Shown: positions 41,040 through 62,419, numbered from the stretch's first letter. The stretch: 64,000 bases of DNA from the human T2T-CHM13v2.0 reference genome, Homo sapiens (GCF_009914755.1 NC_060928.1), one strand, 5' to 3'. Numbers and translations are program-made. Notes: a model not told the origin generated them from the letters alone.

Positions 41040-41460
41040 CTTCCTTCTCTTTCCAACCCAATCTATCTTAAACACTATTTTAAACAATTTCACCCTCTCA
41101 AAGTGTAATTCACATCATGTTCCTCTCCTGCTTAAAAGTTTTCAATAGCTTCCCACTGCCTACCAAGTCAATTCTAAACTCGTGAGCCAGGCATTTTAAA
41201 GCCATCTGCCACTTTATGTAATATCTTCCCTTCACTTATGTGAACATCAACTTTTTCTCCTTTCCTTGACTTACTTTGTAATTTTCTGCCTCACTCCTTT
41301 GACTAAGGTGGCTTCTTCTGCCTGAAACCTTCATGTTTAAATCTTACCAATCTTTCAAAGTCGAACTTTAGATGTCTCCTTTCCAAGAATCCTTCTTTGC
41401 TATATCTGATAAGAGGTTATTCTTTCTCTGAACTTCAATAACGTATTATTTTTGATAAAG
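41040..41460 (+). mobile_element. L2 fragment
   Basis: catcatgttcctctcctgcttaaaag...gcttcccactgcc. Confidence 0.65.
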
Positions 41461-41632
41461 TGTTTGGAACACTCTGCTCAGAGCAAGTGCGATAGGACGA
41501 GTTGGCTCGGAAGGAGTGGCTCATCACCCTCATTTGCCCTTCACTTCCCATCTCTGGCTCTGTCCTGTGTCATAGGGGAATAGCATATTCATTTAATTTT
41601 TTCTCTGGCATTTTTCACTTTTCATTGTGTAA

Positions 41633-42508
<876 letters not shown>

Positions 42509-43443
42509 AGGGATCATTTTCTTGTATAACCTTGATTCCCCACAGTGGCAAGTACTTAAATATTTGTAAAATGAGCATTTGCAACTCTATTGATTGCTTC
42601 ATTCACCAGATCATTCCTTCCCACATGCCCCCAAAATTCCAAATCTATGGATGTGTTACTTGAAGAGAACCAAATTGAGAGAAGGCAAACATACTTCAGG
42701 AAGGGTAATGTGTAAGGAACCATCAGGATTCTCATGCATTTGCGTGATTTGTCTACCCTCTTTGGCCCAAATATTGAGCCTTTTAAACATTTAAAAATAT
42801 TGACCAATGAAGATTTAATATGTTCAATTGACCCTCGTTTTAACATGCTGTTCAACATCTGCCAATTTCTAAAAACTGGTCTGACATTCTAGAAGGAAAA
42901 AAAGAATGAGCAATTCCTAGGTTAACTAACATATATAAAGGAATTTGATATCTCTTTTGCCTTACTGGGCTCCTGGGTACAGGCCAGTATACTTGGAAGT
43001 GGCCACAAGAGGGGAGTATGAACCACAGTCATCCTTAAATGAATGAGACCAAGGATTCATTCTTTCTCCAGCAGAATGAAGAAAGCTCCATCCTGAACAA
43101 TAGTCAATTGAATTATCATTCCCTTTCCAGCTGACGATCAAAGACTGAATGTGGATCTGCCCTTTCTGTGTTCACAGAGACGGTAACTTTCACCTCTCAG
43201 CTGTCCAATCAGACCATAATCCTGACTGGAAGAAATACTTGCAGAGCAGGGCCTGAAGGATGTGCAGTCCCTCTTGCTCAATTTCTCTCACATTGTTTTA
43301 CCTTTGCATGAAACCAGAGCCCTGAGAGAACTGTGTTCCTGGATCATGTTGCTTTGGGTCCTGTAGAATTATTTCTACTGAATTGTGATTTGGCCTCCCT
43401 CAAAATCTTTGTACTGAGGGAAGCTTTAAGAAGCAGCTGTTTA

Positions 43444-43848
<405 letters not shown>

Positions 43849-43994
43849 TCATACAATGTTCTGTTTTTAAGGACCCATGGGAGAAATTTTGCTTAAAACT
43901 CAGAATGCAGGAAAAGCTGTTTGTCTTGATATATTGACTTTCTAAATATTTTAACTTATTATGCCTTTCTCTTTTCTTTGACTGCTGGGAGGCT

Positions 43995-44430
43995 TCATTT
44001 ATTCAACCAGTATGTACGGAGTGCCCGTATGTGCCAGCTGGCTGCTGGAGATATGATGGGGAGCAAAAGGAGAAGGAATCCTGTCCTCATGAAGCTTCCA
44101 GTTTAGAGGAAGTAACAGATATTTATTTATTACTCAGATAAATGCACAAACTGAAAAGTGCTGTGAAGGGAAGGGCCCTTGCTATGAGAACATAACAAGA
44201 CAGGACTTCATTTGAAGAAGTCCCCTTCAGGCCTGAGGCGGTGTGAGTTTCCTAAGGGAAAGGAGGTGGGGTGCTGGCATTCCTGACCTGAAGACGAACC
44301 ACCTACTGGGGAGAAGACCTGCATTCTGGCAACTGGAAGAATTCCAGGGAGCTAAAGTGCACTTTATGTGGATGGGGAAGGTGTGGAGCAAGGTTTGAGT
44401 GGGGAGTGAAGTTTTGGTGCCCTGTATAGG
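43995..44430 (-). mobile_element. L2 3' end
   Basis: ttcatttattcaac...tatgtgccag...gtcctcatgaagctt. Confidence 0.75.
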
Positions 44431-44573
44431 CGTTTCTGCTTGCTAATCTTTTTTTTTTTTTTTTTTTTTTAACTTTTATTTTAAGTTCAGAGGTCCGTGT
44501 GCAGGTTTGTTATATAGGTAAACTTGTGTCATGGGGGTTTGGTGTACAGATTATTTTGTCACCCAGATGCTAA

Positions 44574-44976
<403 letters not shown>

Positions 44977-45155
44977 TTAGCTCCCACTTACAAGTGAGAA
45001 CATGCAGTATTAGTTTTCTAAGGATAATGGCCTCCAGCTCCATTCATGTTCCTATAAAAGACATGATCTCATTCTTTTTTGGCTGCATAGTATTCCATAC
45101 AGAACAACATAGTATTCCATGGTGTATATGTACCACACTTTTAAAAATTCTATCT

Positions 45156-45641
<486 letters not shown>

Positions 45642-46695
45642 CTATATGCATGCTAATCTTACCCAGGCTTTTGTTTTACCTTATATCCCTTGATATGTTA
45701 TCTTTTCATAAGAAACATATTTTGTAGAATAAGATGGAATAAATAAAAAGTTATTCAAAATTGCATTATAAGCAGACTCCATCTTGAATTAAATAAAAAC
45801 AGATTTCACACCATGCCACCCCTGCCAAGACTCCCTCACGCCCATGGGTTCTCACTCTTGGACACAAGGTGTACTGTCCCACCTTGTGGGCGAGCCTGTG
45901 GACTTGAGAACATAGACTGGCTTTGCTCTGCTGGCATCTGAAGGCTCAAGGTATTTTTCCTTCACAGCACATCAGGATCCAGAGTTATAAAGTACTCGCT
46001 CCTAGATGGATTTATTGACAATTTAGAAATTATAGTCCTGCCTTCTGGTCCTATAAAAGGTTACATCCAGTTCCCTCTGAAAAACACTCCAGGAATAAAC
46101 AGGCCACGTGAATAAGGCAGTATTTTATAGTTGCTTTTCTGATCAGAAACCTTCATTCTGCTGGCTTTGCTGAGGATTAGAATGTGTTGGTAAAATGTTG
46201 CTGGAGGAAACCTCTGCGGTTAGGCGTTCTTGCCTTCATCTGTCATCTCTGTTCTCAGTGTTGATTTGAACCAAGGCCTTAATGGGGACAAAATAGAACA
46301 TATCAATGCCTCTTACATTTCCTAGGTGAGGAAAAAGCCTATTTCTGAGCCCTTACTCATTGTAATAACACATTTCATTTAACAGAAGGGGTGCGGTGGA
46401 AAGGAAGAAAGAAGAAAATGAATTGTGATACCAGTGAGGTGGTTAGAAATAGGGTTGCCCATCATTCTGCCTCAGCCAGACAGAGGTCTTTGCTGAGCTC
46501 CAACATGCACCGGACATATTGCTGCCACAGGACTTTTGCACTGGCTGCCCATCAACCTGGAATGCTCTTCCTCTGTATAACCACAAGCTTGACTTGTTCA
46601 CCTCCTTCTAGTTTTTGATTGAATATATTATCACCTTGATCATCCTATTTAAAACTGATGACCCTCTTGAACTCCTGATTCCCTTTACCACATCT

Positions 46696-46907
46696 CAGGG
46701 GTTGGCAAATTATGACCTCTAACCACCTGTTTTTGTAAATAAAGTTTTATTGGAACATAGCCAAACTCATTTGTTGTTGTTGTTCTTGTATTTTACACCT
46801 TGAATATGACTGCTTTTGTCCAACAATGGCAGAGTTGAGAGACAACGTGGCCCACGAAGTCTAAACAATTTACTACCTGGCCCTTTTCAGAAAATTTGCC
46901 AACACTG
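46696..46907 (+). mobile_element. MER58A (hAT-Charlie)
   Basis: caggggttggcaaa...tttttgtaaataaagttttattggaaca...tttgccaacactg terminal inverted repeats. Confidence 0.9.
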
Positions 46908-47004
46908 CCCTGTTTCATTTTCTTCTGTTTCATTTCTAACCTTCTAACGGTATACACATATCTATATATCTATATCCATCCAAACCTATCTACATATCTA
47001 TATC

Positions 47005-47305
<301 letters not shown>

Positions 47306-47310
47306 CCATC

Positions 47311-47620
47311 TTTTTTTTTTTTTTAGTTTTGAGATGGAGTCTCCCTCCTCTGTCGCCTAGGCTGGAGTGCAGTGGCATGATCTTGGCTCACTGCAACCTC
47401 CGCCTCCTGGGTTCAAGTGATTCTTCTGCCTCAGCCTCCCTGAGAAGCTGAGACTACAGGCATGGCCACCAAGCCCAGCTATTTTTTTTTTTGTATTTTT
47501 AGTAGAGACGAAGTTTCACCATGTTGGCCAGGCTTGTCTCGAACTCTTGACCTTAGGATATTCGCCTGCCTCAGCCTCCCAAAGTGCTGGGATTACAGGT
47601 ATGAACCACTGCATCCGGCC
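47311..47620 (-). mobile_element. AluS, tandem to the previous Alu
   Basis: Full dimer. Confidence 0.95.
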
Positions 47621-48571
47621 TGCCCATCTTATTTTTAAAAATCTCCACAAGGGCAGAGATTTTTAATTTATTTTGTTAGTTCACCAATATATTTAAATAT
47701 CTAGAACATTGCTCGGTAGATTTTGAATAATGATTTGTTGGATGAACAAATGAATAAGTGAATATAAAGTGTCCCACAAAGATTAGACAGTTAGTTTGAT
47801 AATTATTATTATTTCAATATAACTGCAACTTACGAAAAGGGGAAGATATCCATTACACCAGTGTATATTCTCAACCTAACACGTAGAAAGTTGTGACTAT
47901 TACAAGCTCCTCTCAGCTGCTGCAAGAAGCATGCTGTCACAGGCTTGTCTCTGAGCCTTATATACCTGCTTACTTCTGCTAGGACACCTACACAATCCTC
48001 AAATAAACACTAGAGGAAAAGGCTTTTTTATGAAAGTAAACATTTTTTGTCATTCTAAAAGTTTTGGCTTTTGTTGGGGAAGTGCTATTTTCATGTTCAG
48101 ACAGAGGAATGCCTATTTTTACACTACAGCCAGACAAGACTCAACTATTGAGCCAAATGGGCAGGTGTGTTTTCAAACTATGTCTTTATTTCACTTAAAA
48201 GAAGACGGGAAGAAAGAAACTCACCTTTTGATCAAGGAAATAAAAGGTTCAGCCTTCTAGTTCCTTTCAGCAGCTGGTAAAATTTTTCATATGGGTTACA
48301 TTTCTCGATCACATAAACAAAAACCAATTTACATAAATTAGTCTCTTGTCAATATGAAATATCTATGTAGTTGCTGCAAAAACACTAAGGTTGGACAGCA
48401 TCTAACTAGAATTCTGAAGTTTTTTTCTTATTTCTGCTGACTTTTCGATTGCCACTCCAGTGCTAGTTTTCAAAAGTACAGATATGTCAGTCTCCTTATT
48501 ATTTTTAGGTGGGTTTTGAGGATTAGAATGAGGAAAGAGTTACATATGGCACAAGTAGGTCATACTCTGAG

Positions 48572-48798
48572 AGCTGGGCTCAATTGGGGGTGATTTTGCA
48601 TTTAGCAAAGTCTGGAGACATTTTTGATGGTCACAACTGGGCAGGTGCTATTGGCAGTTTAGTGGGTAGAGGGCAGAGTGGTTGTTAAACAGTCTGCAGT
48701 GCCCAGGATGGGTTCTTCCCATCCCCATCAAGCCCCAACCTCCCAAAAAATAATTATGCTGTCCAAAATGTCAGTAGTGCTGAGGTTGAAAAATCCTG
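48572..48798 (+). mobile_element. MER20
   Basis: gtctggagacatttttgatggtcacaactgg...aaaatgtcagtagtgctgaggttgaaaaatcctg. Confidence 0.88.
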
Positions 48799-49769
48799 TC
48801 CTGTGATCTAGTTAACATGCTGCCTTTTCCTTTCTCAGCCTTTTGCTTTCTTGTTGCCTTGGTGATGTCATTCCTTGCAACCTGGGGTTAATAATAGATG
48901 CCCATTTCTTCCTTCACTGGGAGGAGATAAACATGGTGAGCCATTCAAGCACCAAAAACACCTAAGGAAAAGTATTATTACTATTTATTAAGAAAGAATT
49001 GTATGTCTCCAAATGTCATGTCTGTATTTCTTCATGACTGCTTAAAAAAAGTTTAAATAATTGAAGGGTGCCTATAACCTATGTGTCTTCTGTCCCTTCT
49101 GTTGTAGAGAGAGGGTCATAGAACACAGGCTGCTGAAATCCACTTTAAAAATCTACAGCTGATGTGTTTGCTCCTTTTGGTCTTTTTCTGGCTGTCCTAT
49201 TCCAGAGTGTCCTCCTTCCCTCTCTTTGTCCTTGTCCCCTCGGTGATCCCCTGACCTCCTTGTCTTTTTCCTTCACCTGATACACCTGAAGGGTATGACT
49301 GCTACAACCTCTTATTCCTTTCCCCTTAATTCACTTGATTCTTGATTCAGTATTTTATCAACTATTTTTTGTTACTCAAGCATTCCCTTGGGGTCTTGCA
49401 CTTCACTCAAGTAGATTTTAGCAATTTTTCTGAAGGAAATGTTCTCCATCTTAATATAAATTATATATAAATATTTACCCTTGAATGTTGAAAGTCACGG
49501 CTAAATAATAATACAAAAATGAGAACCAAAGAAAAGAATCACTTTACTTAAACATTAATTTGGGCTGGAAAGAACTTTGTGGCTTTAAACCAGATTCCTG
49601 ATGTTTTAGCCATCTAAATCCCCAAATTTTTGTTAGAATAAATTGTATTTGTTCATTTTTAATTTTATGGAAGTCTTAGGTTCTCTAAGTCCTGGAGCTT
49701 GAGGACCCAACTGGCAAGCATGAAGGGCTGGAAAATCCTATTGTTAACTGACAAAATATCTTTTCATAA

Positions 49770-50203
<434 letters not shown>

Positions 50204-50389
50204 TAAAGGAGATCTTAGAGAAGAATTTGTTCCCCTTAGCAAGCTGGAAACACTTTAGATGCAGGAGATTAACTTGGTTAGGTCATGGTCCTTCCCATTG
50301 TGTTATTTCTTAGATTTTTATATGTTTTCTTAAAAGAGGAGAAATATTCTGTCTATATTAATTAAATTGGGAGAAAATGAAATTTACTT

Positions 50390-50995
50390 TCTATTTACAC
50401 CCAGTTTCACTCAGAGTAACACCCCAAGTCCTCACATTGGTCTCCAAGTTCTTGAGGCTACGGTGCAGTAACTGTGCTGACCTCATCTCTTGCTATTGTC
50501 CCCCCCACTCACTTACTCACTCTGCTGCAGAACGCTGGCCTCCCTGCAGCTCTTCACACCCCTCAGACACACTCTTGATGGGGAGCCTTTGTGTTTGCTC
50601 CTCCTGCTTGGAATGCTCTTCCCTAGTTTACCTACTTGGCTTACTCTCTCACCAACCTCCTCTTTATTCCAGTTTCTCCTCAATGAGACCTCTCCGCCCA
50701 CATTATTTAATTCTGAAAACCATACTTTTTCCTTATTCCCTTAGGTCTTAATCCTTCTTCCCTGCCCAACTTTTTTCTCCTTTTTTAAAACATAGAATAA
50801 TGATCTTTTAACAAACTATTTACTCATTTATAATGCATTGTGTTTATTTCCAACCTGCCCTTGCTAGAATGTAAATTTCTCAGGGGCAGAGATTTTTGTC
50901 TGTTTTATTCACTATTGTGTCTCAAGAGTCTAAAACAGTGCCTGGCTCTGTGTGAAGCCACACATCATTGTTGAATAAGCAAGTGGGTTGGTTAA
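50390..50995 (+). mobile_element. L2a 3' end
   Basis: ttggaatgctcttccc...ctagaatgtaaatttctcaggggcagag...aacagtgcctgg. Confidence 0.85.
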
Positions 50996-51057
50996 GCATA
51001 AGCAGGGACAGAGAGGCTTTTATGAGGAATTTGTAGCTGTCAAAAGAATAGCTTGAA

Positions 51058-51762
<705 letters not shown>

Positions 51763-52354
51763 ATATTGCCCTTACAATTTTTTCTAGGGTTTACCTTGCT
51801 GACAGATATCTGAGGTATAGGGAAATGCCTGGATATAGGTGCTCAGGGGCGGCTGTTTCTAGTGAATTTTAGGGGAGTGTGTATGTGACAGAGACAAGAG
51901 GAAGAAGGGAAGGCATCGCAATGAATATAGCTAAGAAACATCCCATCACTCCCTTGATCTTTTATCCTTCCAACCTTCATGCACTCAACTTTTGTGCTTG
52001 TACCTGCAGCACACCATTGGTTTTATTTTTATAGTCAGACAAAGATGACAAACATAAGATATCTCTGGATAGAACTTTAAATACCTCTCAGGGCCATAAT
52101 GAGACAAAACAACTTCATTTTTACCAAACACAAGACAAAGATGACTGGCTTACCAGACCAAACAATCTACCTGCTCACCTGTGTGGAACTGTTTTAACTC
52201 GATATTCCAGTGTGCTCCTGCTGAATTAGAAGAAAGAATGGAAAAGCTACTAGAAGATGAAAAAGTCATGTTAGTTTATGCTTTCCCCAACAAACAGCAG
52301 ATGCTGCTAGTAAGCATCTTTTATGTGTGCAGCTCGGAGCCTGAGCTCTGTATT

Positions 52355-52545
52355 TGTTTGGGGGATAGGAATCAGACTGTCTGGGTTTAAATCTTGTTTC
52401 CACTACTCACTAGCTGTGTGACTTAAGGAAAGTTATCTGATCTTTTAAATCCCGTTTTACCATGTGTAAATAGCACCGTGAGATTATTGTGAGGATATAC
52501 ATGTGAAGTGTCTAGCACAGTGCCTTAATAAAGAGCATCTATTAG
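52355..52545 (+). mobile_element. MIR
   Basis: ctgggtttaaatc...actagctgtgtgactt...ctagcacagtgcc. Confidence 0.8.
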
Positions 52546-52580
52546 GCCTGCTCTATAATATAGGCAGTTAGGCTGCCTAC

Positions 52581-53180
<600 letters not shown>

Positions 53181-53274
53181 TGAAGATCCAATGAAATTAT
53201 TTAGGAAAATAAGAAAGACTTGGCACGTGCAAGTGTGCAGTAAAAGACAAACTTTATTACTATTTTTTCCTCCT

Positions 53275-54810
<1,536 letters not shown>

Positions 54811-55111
54811 TAAAACCAATTTTCCTCATCTTCCTATCCATATTCCTTTGTTTATCCCTGAAGTGCAATCACTTACCAACAGGAACTGGTAAATGCCATC
54901 AACATACTAGAGTAAGAGGAGGGAATGTACTTCAGACTCTTGCCTCTAGAAGCAGCCATAGAGTTCCTTAATTACAAGTCAGACAGGATCCTGGATTGCA
55001 AAAGTTCCCGTTTTCTACTTTATTTCAATTGTGAACTTGGACTTGGTAATATACTGAAAATAATGGAAGGGATGATGAAGAGCTGGCTATAAATGAGAAA
55101 GAACTGGTCAT

Positions 55112-55563
55112 TGTGGGAGAGACTATGAGTTGTCTACCAGTATCTGTTCTGTCCTTTTTTCTTTAGCATCAAAACTCCTGAGTCATAGCTGGGCATGCTG
55201 CTTTCCAGCTGGAGTCTATATTTCCCACATTCACTTGCAGTAGCTGTGCCCTTATGACTAAGTTCCTGGCAGTAGAATAGCAGTAGAAGTGATGTGTGCC
55301 AGTTTTACATCATGCCCTTGAAATAAATGAGTAACACAAACTTATTTTCTTTCTTCTTATTGCCTGAGAGGTAGATATGATGGAGGGTTCTGGGGCAGCC
55401 ATTTTAGAGCCAGCGATCGAAGGTGTGTAATGGGCATGGCAGAGATGCCCTCCCAGTCTCAGATCGTCTATCTATGGACTGTTACATGTGAGAGAGCAAT
55501 AAACTTCTACTTTGTATTAGCCACTGAATTTTGAGATATCTTAGCTTAATCTATAACAAATAC
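55112..55563 (+). mobile_element. MLT1J-like LTR
   Basis: tatgactaagttcctggc...agaagtgatgtgtgc...gcagccatttt...aataaac...aataca. Confidence 0.78.
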
Positions 55564-56929
55564 AGACAAATTAACTCAATAAAACCGGCATTCTACTCAA
55601 CCACAATAATAAAGAAAGACAATTTCAAATAGTTTGAATGTAATGCAGACATTTTCAGAAAGGAAATACATTAGCCTTTGAAGTAGACCAATTAAAATTC
55701 AAGAAACCATATTAAGTTTTGAGTTTCCAAGTATTTTCCAAATCTTTTTCTCGTAGTTCTTTGTCCCATAATGAAGGTCTAGCTCTAGTGATCAGTGGTG
55801 ATGCACAGTTATATTTGCAATGTTATCAATTACCAAAACTCTTTTGGGTTTTTGGTTAAATGCTATTTTGTATGATTAGAACTCTAACAAGTAGCAATGT
55901 GATCATCTACATAGCCTGTACTTAGGGTTTTAAAATACTCTGTCCATGGATAGAGTGGTGTAGACATCAAAGTATTATAGACCCTAAAATTTAGAGTAAA
56001 AACTACCTCTGTGGTCAGTGCAATCACATGCTGAGGACTCCTAAGTCTGATTTACTCGGGACATGTATTGCTTTCACATTTCAAAACAAGCTTTAAAAAA
56101 ATTCAATCTAAGGTTGCAATTGGTTATTTACCAGTTTAGAATTATCCTATAATTTAGAGGTAGTTTTCTGCTCTGTGAGAGTTGGTCCACAGCATCTCTA
56201 GGAAGTCAGCATTTTAAAATATAATCAATGAAAATTAATACACTTGGGAATTAGCATGTTAATGGAACTTGAAAGAAGAAGGCTCATGTTGCAATGTTAC
56301 CTTTAGAAGAAGGTAAGTAACCCTTTTATAGAAAGGGGATTAATAGTGGGTCTTTTTCTGTAGCATGGTCAATGGCCAAAGAATGATTTTGCTTCATAGA
56401 CTGTGATTGTGATTCATTAGGGAATACCTAAAATGAAGGGAGCTTTCTATCCAGCCGGCTTAGCTTCATAAATATGCCTGTAAGAACATCCCACGTCCTG
56501 TACTTTCCTTCTGCAAATATTTGCTCTGAGGTTTGTGCTCTTGGGTGATCCACCAAGCCAGAGGAAATGAGTACCCTTCCCCTGGGCAAGCTTTGTCAGA
56601 TATAGTTATACTTGATATGCTAGCTTGTAGATACATCTCTTGGGAGTTTGGCATGGCTCAATGCCTGTATATTCTTCTATCTCTAGGTCAATGAATAAAA
56701 TAGCTCCTAGTCCCCAAAGCTGGGAGCAGATCATTGACCTCAGTGTAAGCCATTCACTGAGAGTCAGTTTGAAATAGCCATTCCTGAGTTCAAATTATCA
56801 CATTTACCTTATACTAACTTTATGTTTAGGAAGCACTATTTTAATTTAAATAGTTCTCAATTTTAAATTGGGCATGCAAAGAAAGGAAAGGTAATGCTCT
56901 TAAAAATAAACGATTTCTCCTCTACATAC

Positions 56930-57760
56930 ATAGTAGCATGGGAAAAAATATTGATAATATTAAATGCTGTTGAGAATGCAGAGATACTTAGATCTCTCAT
57001 ACTGAGATCTCTCATAAATTGGGGCATCTACTCTGGAAAAGAGTTTGGCAGTTTCATATAAAATTAAACATTACTTACCATACATTCTAGCATATGCAAT
57101 CTTGGGCATTTATCCTAGAGAAATGAAAACTTATGTTCACACAAAAACCTGTACACAAATATTTTCTGCGGCTTTATTTGCAATAACTCTAGGTGGAAAC
57201 AACCCAAGTGTCCTTCAAAAGGTGGATGGATAAAGAAACTGAGGTAAATCTATACAATGGAATTCTATGCTGAAATATAAAGGGGTGAAGTATTCATATA
57301 GCACGTCAGCTTGGATAGATCTTAAGGGTATTATGCTAAGTGAAAAATGCCAGTCTCAATGGGTTACATAAGATATGATTCCACGTATATCACATTCTTG
57401 AAATGGTAACATTTTTAAAGATCAGGTAATGGAGACAGATCAGTGGTTGCCAAGGATTAAGGATGAGGATGGAGAGCGGGTGCGGCTATAAAGGGGTATC
57501 ACAACAGAGCTCCTTTGTGGTGATGGAATCTATACGTGAGATAACATTTCATAGAACTATGCAAAACAATGACTGCATGTGAAAACCAATGGAATTTTAG
57601 TAGTCTATAGTCTAGTTAGTAGTATTCCTGGTTTTGATAATGCATTATACTTAAGTAAGATGTTACCTTTGGGGGAAACTGGGGGAAGGGCCCGCAGGAC
57701 CTTTCTGTACTATTTTTTGCAATTTTTCTTGAGTTTATAATTATTTCAATAAATTAAAAA
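56930..57760 (+). mobile_element. L1MC/L1MD 3' end
   Basis: gcatttatcctagagaaatgaaaacttatgttcacacaaaaacctgtac. Confidence 0.88.
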
Positions 57761-58879
57761 TAATGACTACATTAACACATAAGCCATGACAGATTTCTTT
57801 CTTTCTTTACAAGGGAGCAATGCAATAGGAGGGAAAATGCCAAACTGCAAATTAAAAGAGTTCTGCTTTTATATGTCTGTCCCTCTGGGAATATTTCTTC
57901 TGAAGAAAGATTTCCCGGGATAAAGTTTGAAAACCACTTCTTAAAAGATTGTGGAAATTTCTTGAGACAATAAAAATCAAATCATGTGAAATCATTTAGT
58001 TTTTAATCAAGAAAAGGAGTTGTATTTTAGAAGGTGATCTGATACATTATTTGTTACAATCAAGGTTATACCTTCCAAGGGAAGTGATTACAAATAGCCA
58101 CATAATTTAGACATGGTATTAGAATTCGTTGGTTTGTTATGAAATCACAGATGCTGATTTAACCCTAGCTAATATACTGTTTGCTGCATTGCAGAGAAAT
58201 GAAATTGTTAGAGGACTCATCCTAGCAGTCACTTAAAACTGGCAGTTAGCTGGTGGCGTCATGATTTTTTGATCTGAGATCCAGATAGACAAGACACAGG
58301 ATTTGTTGCCAAAGCAAACTGCATCTCTAGATACTCCAGCACTATTTATTTGCATTCATAAAATTTTGCTCTCATTCAGATATTTTGAACTGCAGAGCAG
58401 TTTGTGGTGGTTGTCCATTGCCTTGTGTAGCATGTACACAATGTTTTGTGTAGCATCTGTGGAGGCAAAGCTTTCTTGATAGGCTCTGTACAAATGGGGT
58501 TTGGATGGTTCACTGTCTGTGTTCAGCATATCTATCCAGAGCCCCAATTCGTCTCTCCTTCCGGTGACCGATGCCTGATTACTACTGTGGTACCTAGGCA
58601 GGGCCTCCGGGTAATTATAGAGTCGGCTCTGTGGTTGTCTTCCAGGAAATGGCAAGTACCAGTTGCCCTAGTGTGTCCCTGCAGACTTCACTCAAGGGAC
58701 AACAGGAAACAAATGCCATATAAGGGCATCCCACGGCAGCTGCTGCTTTTCTGAGGACAATTGGAAGGTAGACAGGTTCTCTTTTGCCATTTCCATTACC
58801 CCTTTCTAGATCAATTTTAGCTCATTATTAAGAAAAATGTGTGGATATATGATGATCCTCAAAAGGACCTACATGAACT

Positions 58880-59217
<338 letters not shown>

Positions 59218-60176
59218 ACATGAAATTTTGCACCAGAGTTTTAGATACTTGCTGTTGACTTTCTTCTATTTACAGTGACTCTGAGAATGTATTTGCAGCT
59301 TTTTAAATATTATTAGCTTTCTGCTAAGTCTCCTGGAAAGTCCTTAAAAGAGTTTCTCTGTTTTTATCATTTATTTGAGAGAACAGTAGCTTTATTAGCT
59401 TGTAGCCAGAAATAGATTTTAACGTTATAACTCAATTCCCAGAATTAAATTTATCAGTTGTAGAAATTCAGCTCTGAACTGTTAACTTTTGCTGTATGAT
59501 GTGAAATGAGAGCAGGAGGAGAGGAAGTATGTTACTGGCAGAAGACAAGTCAGACAGGATCTTCTCAGGTATCCTCATAGTCAATTGCTCTTGGCAACTT
59601 GTTCCATTTTCCTACCATCAGAGGAAGTTGACAGGATGTCATAACATGAAAGGAGGCCGTTGTAGGAAAAGCTTTGGAATGCCATGGACTATTATGTGGC
59701 CATTAAAAATAATGAATTAGAGGGCATCCAAATAATTTGCAGGAATTTCCATAAATTATTGTCGAATGAGGAAAACAAGAGGCCAAAGAGTGTGATGCTG
59801 TATGGAGCACTCAGCACTAGTCTCTCTTGCTCGCAGGTTGTACGTTTGGCAGGAGTAGCAGCTAAATCAACCTTGATGAATGGGAACCTAGGTTGGACAT
59901 ATGCATAGCCTCTCTCCCTGCCATGATGGTTACTTCATCCACTTGGCCATCTGATTGGGGTTGCTGATGACAGAGGCTGACTGATGTGAGTTGGCTGAGT
60001 CATTTTGTCTATGACTGGCTGTTTGGTGTTCCTTCCATGTTGGCACTCTTTGGTGGGTGTTAACATGTCTCATGAAACTCTTCATTCTTCATGCTTGTTC
60101 TTTAATGTCCAACTGCATGTCTATTTCCAACATCTCCTTTTTCTAGATTTTCCAATCTTTTCCTTTTTTAAGCCCC

Positions 60177-60821
<645 letters not shown>

Positions 60822-60939
60822 TAATCTTGGATCACTTCCTTTTTTGTACAAAGTGGATGATCAGGTACCCAGCTTGAAGCTCTAATCATGTGGAAAATTT
60901 CTCTTACCACCACCCTTCAAGGCTATCCCTTAAACTTCT

Positions 60940-62000
60940 ATGACAGCAGATGTCTCTGACAATAAATGTAATATATTAAAACTGAAAATGTCTGAATATT
61001 AAAAGATATTTTGAAGAAAGTGGAAAAATAAACTGAGACAAAATATTCATGACACCCTGGCAAAGAATTGATAGCAATAATATCTAAAGGACCTAAAGGA
61101 CATCTGTAAGCTAATAAAGAATGGCCATACCAGTGATTTAAAAATGGACAAAAGCCATGAATAGGAAGCTCACAGAAGAGATAAAACATATGGCCAATAA
61201 ACCTACAAAGAGATACTCAAGTTCATTAGTGATCAGTGAAATGGATAACCAAAAATCAGGATGACAATGAGATACTATTTTAAACATAGTAAATTGGCAA
61301 GTTTAAAAAGTCTAATAACACAAAATATTGGGAAGGTTGTGGATCAGTAGATTAGTTTATAGTTTGCTGGTGGGAGTGTTCAACCACTTTAGCAAGCAAT
61401 TTGGCATTATCTCTTAAAGCTGGAGACTCATATATCTATGATGAGTAATTCTACACTGGGCATATACTCAAAAGAAATTATTGCAGGTGTACATTAGGAG
61501 ACATCTACAAGAATGTCCATGGAAGCATTTCTGTTTGAAATAGCAAAAGCTTTGAAAAAAACTTACATGCCTCATGACAGGAGAAGAGATAAATTGTGGT
61601 ACCTTCATACAATAAAATATCTTACTGGAAAGAAAATGAATATAAACGATGCTAGAAATATAATTTGAATAAAAATTAAGCTCTCAAAAGGTTACATGTA
61701 CTACAAAACACATTTTAAAAAGTTACAAACAACTAAAACTACCCAATATGCTTTTTAAGAAATATTTATATTATGGTAAAACTGTAGTTCTAAAAAGCAA
61801 AGGGAAGACTAATACAAGTTGCAAGGTAGTGGTTACCTCTGGCGGAGGGAGGCAGGGTATGAGATAGGGAAGATAACATTGGAGGATGTTACAAATTATG
61901 AATGTTTCCATTGTCATGCAGGGTGGTGTATACACAGGTATTTATTGCATAACAAACAAATTGTTCAACAAACAAATAGGTAAATAAATAAATAAATAAA
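60940..62000 (+). mobile_element. L1ME-type ORF2 end and 3' UTR
   Basis: aaaaatggacaaaagccatgaatagg...tagtggttacctctgg. Confidence 0.78.
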
Positions 62001-62419
62001 AAGAAGGCCATGCCTGAACCAAGGATGAGACCATGTCATGAACCAAGTTTTATGATTAATTAAATTTTAGGCATCCAGCATTAGAAACACAACTACTGGA
62101 TTTTTGATTGGGCAAAGATGTTTCTGGTTGAACCAGCAATGGAAGCAGGAAGAGCCCTAAACCTGGGGCAAGGGGAGAGACAGGATGTGGTGTGAAAGAG
62201 AAAGGAAAGGATCCCCAAGAAAGTCACACAAGTGGCCTAAAGGGAAAGGCTTGTGAGAAATCCCCTGTAGGAGCTGGTCCAGGAGCTTGGAAAAGAGAGC
62301 TGTCTAGGGGTCTATTTGAAGTTGTTTCCTGTTCTGATCCTTGGTATAAGTAATCTCCAGTATCCAAAGCCCACAGTAAAACTCTACTACATAGTTAAAA
62401 TACATAACAAATAACAAAC

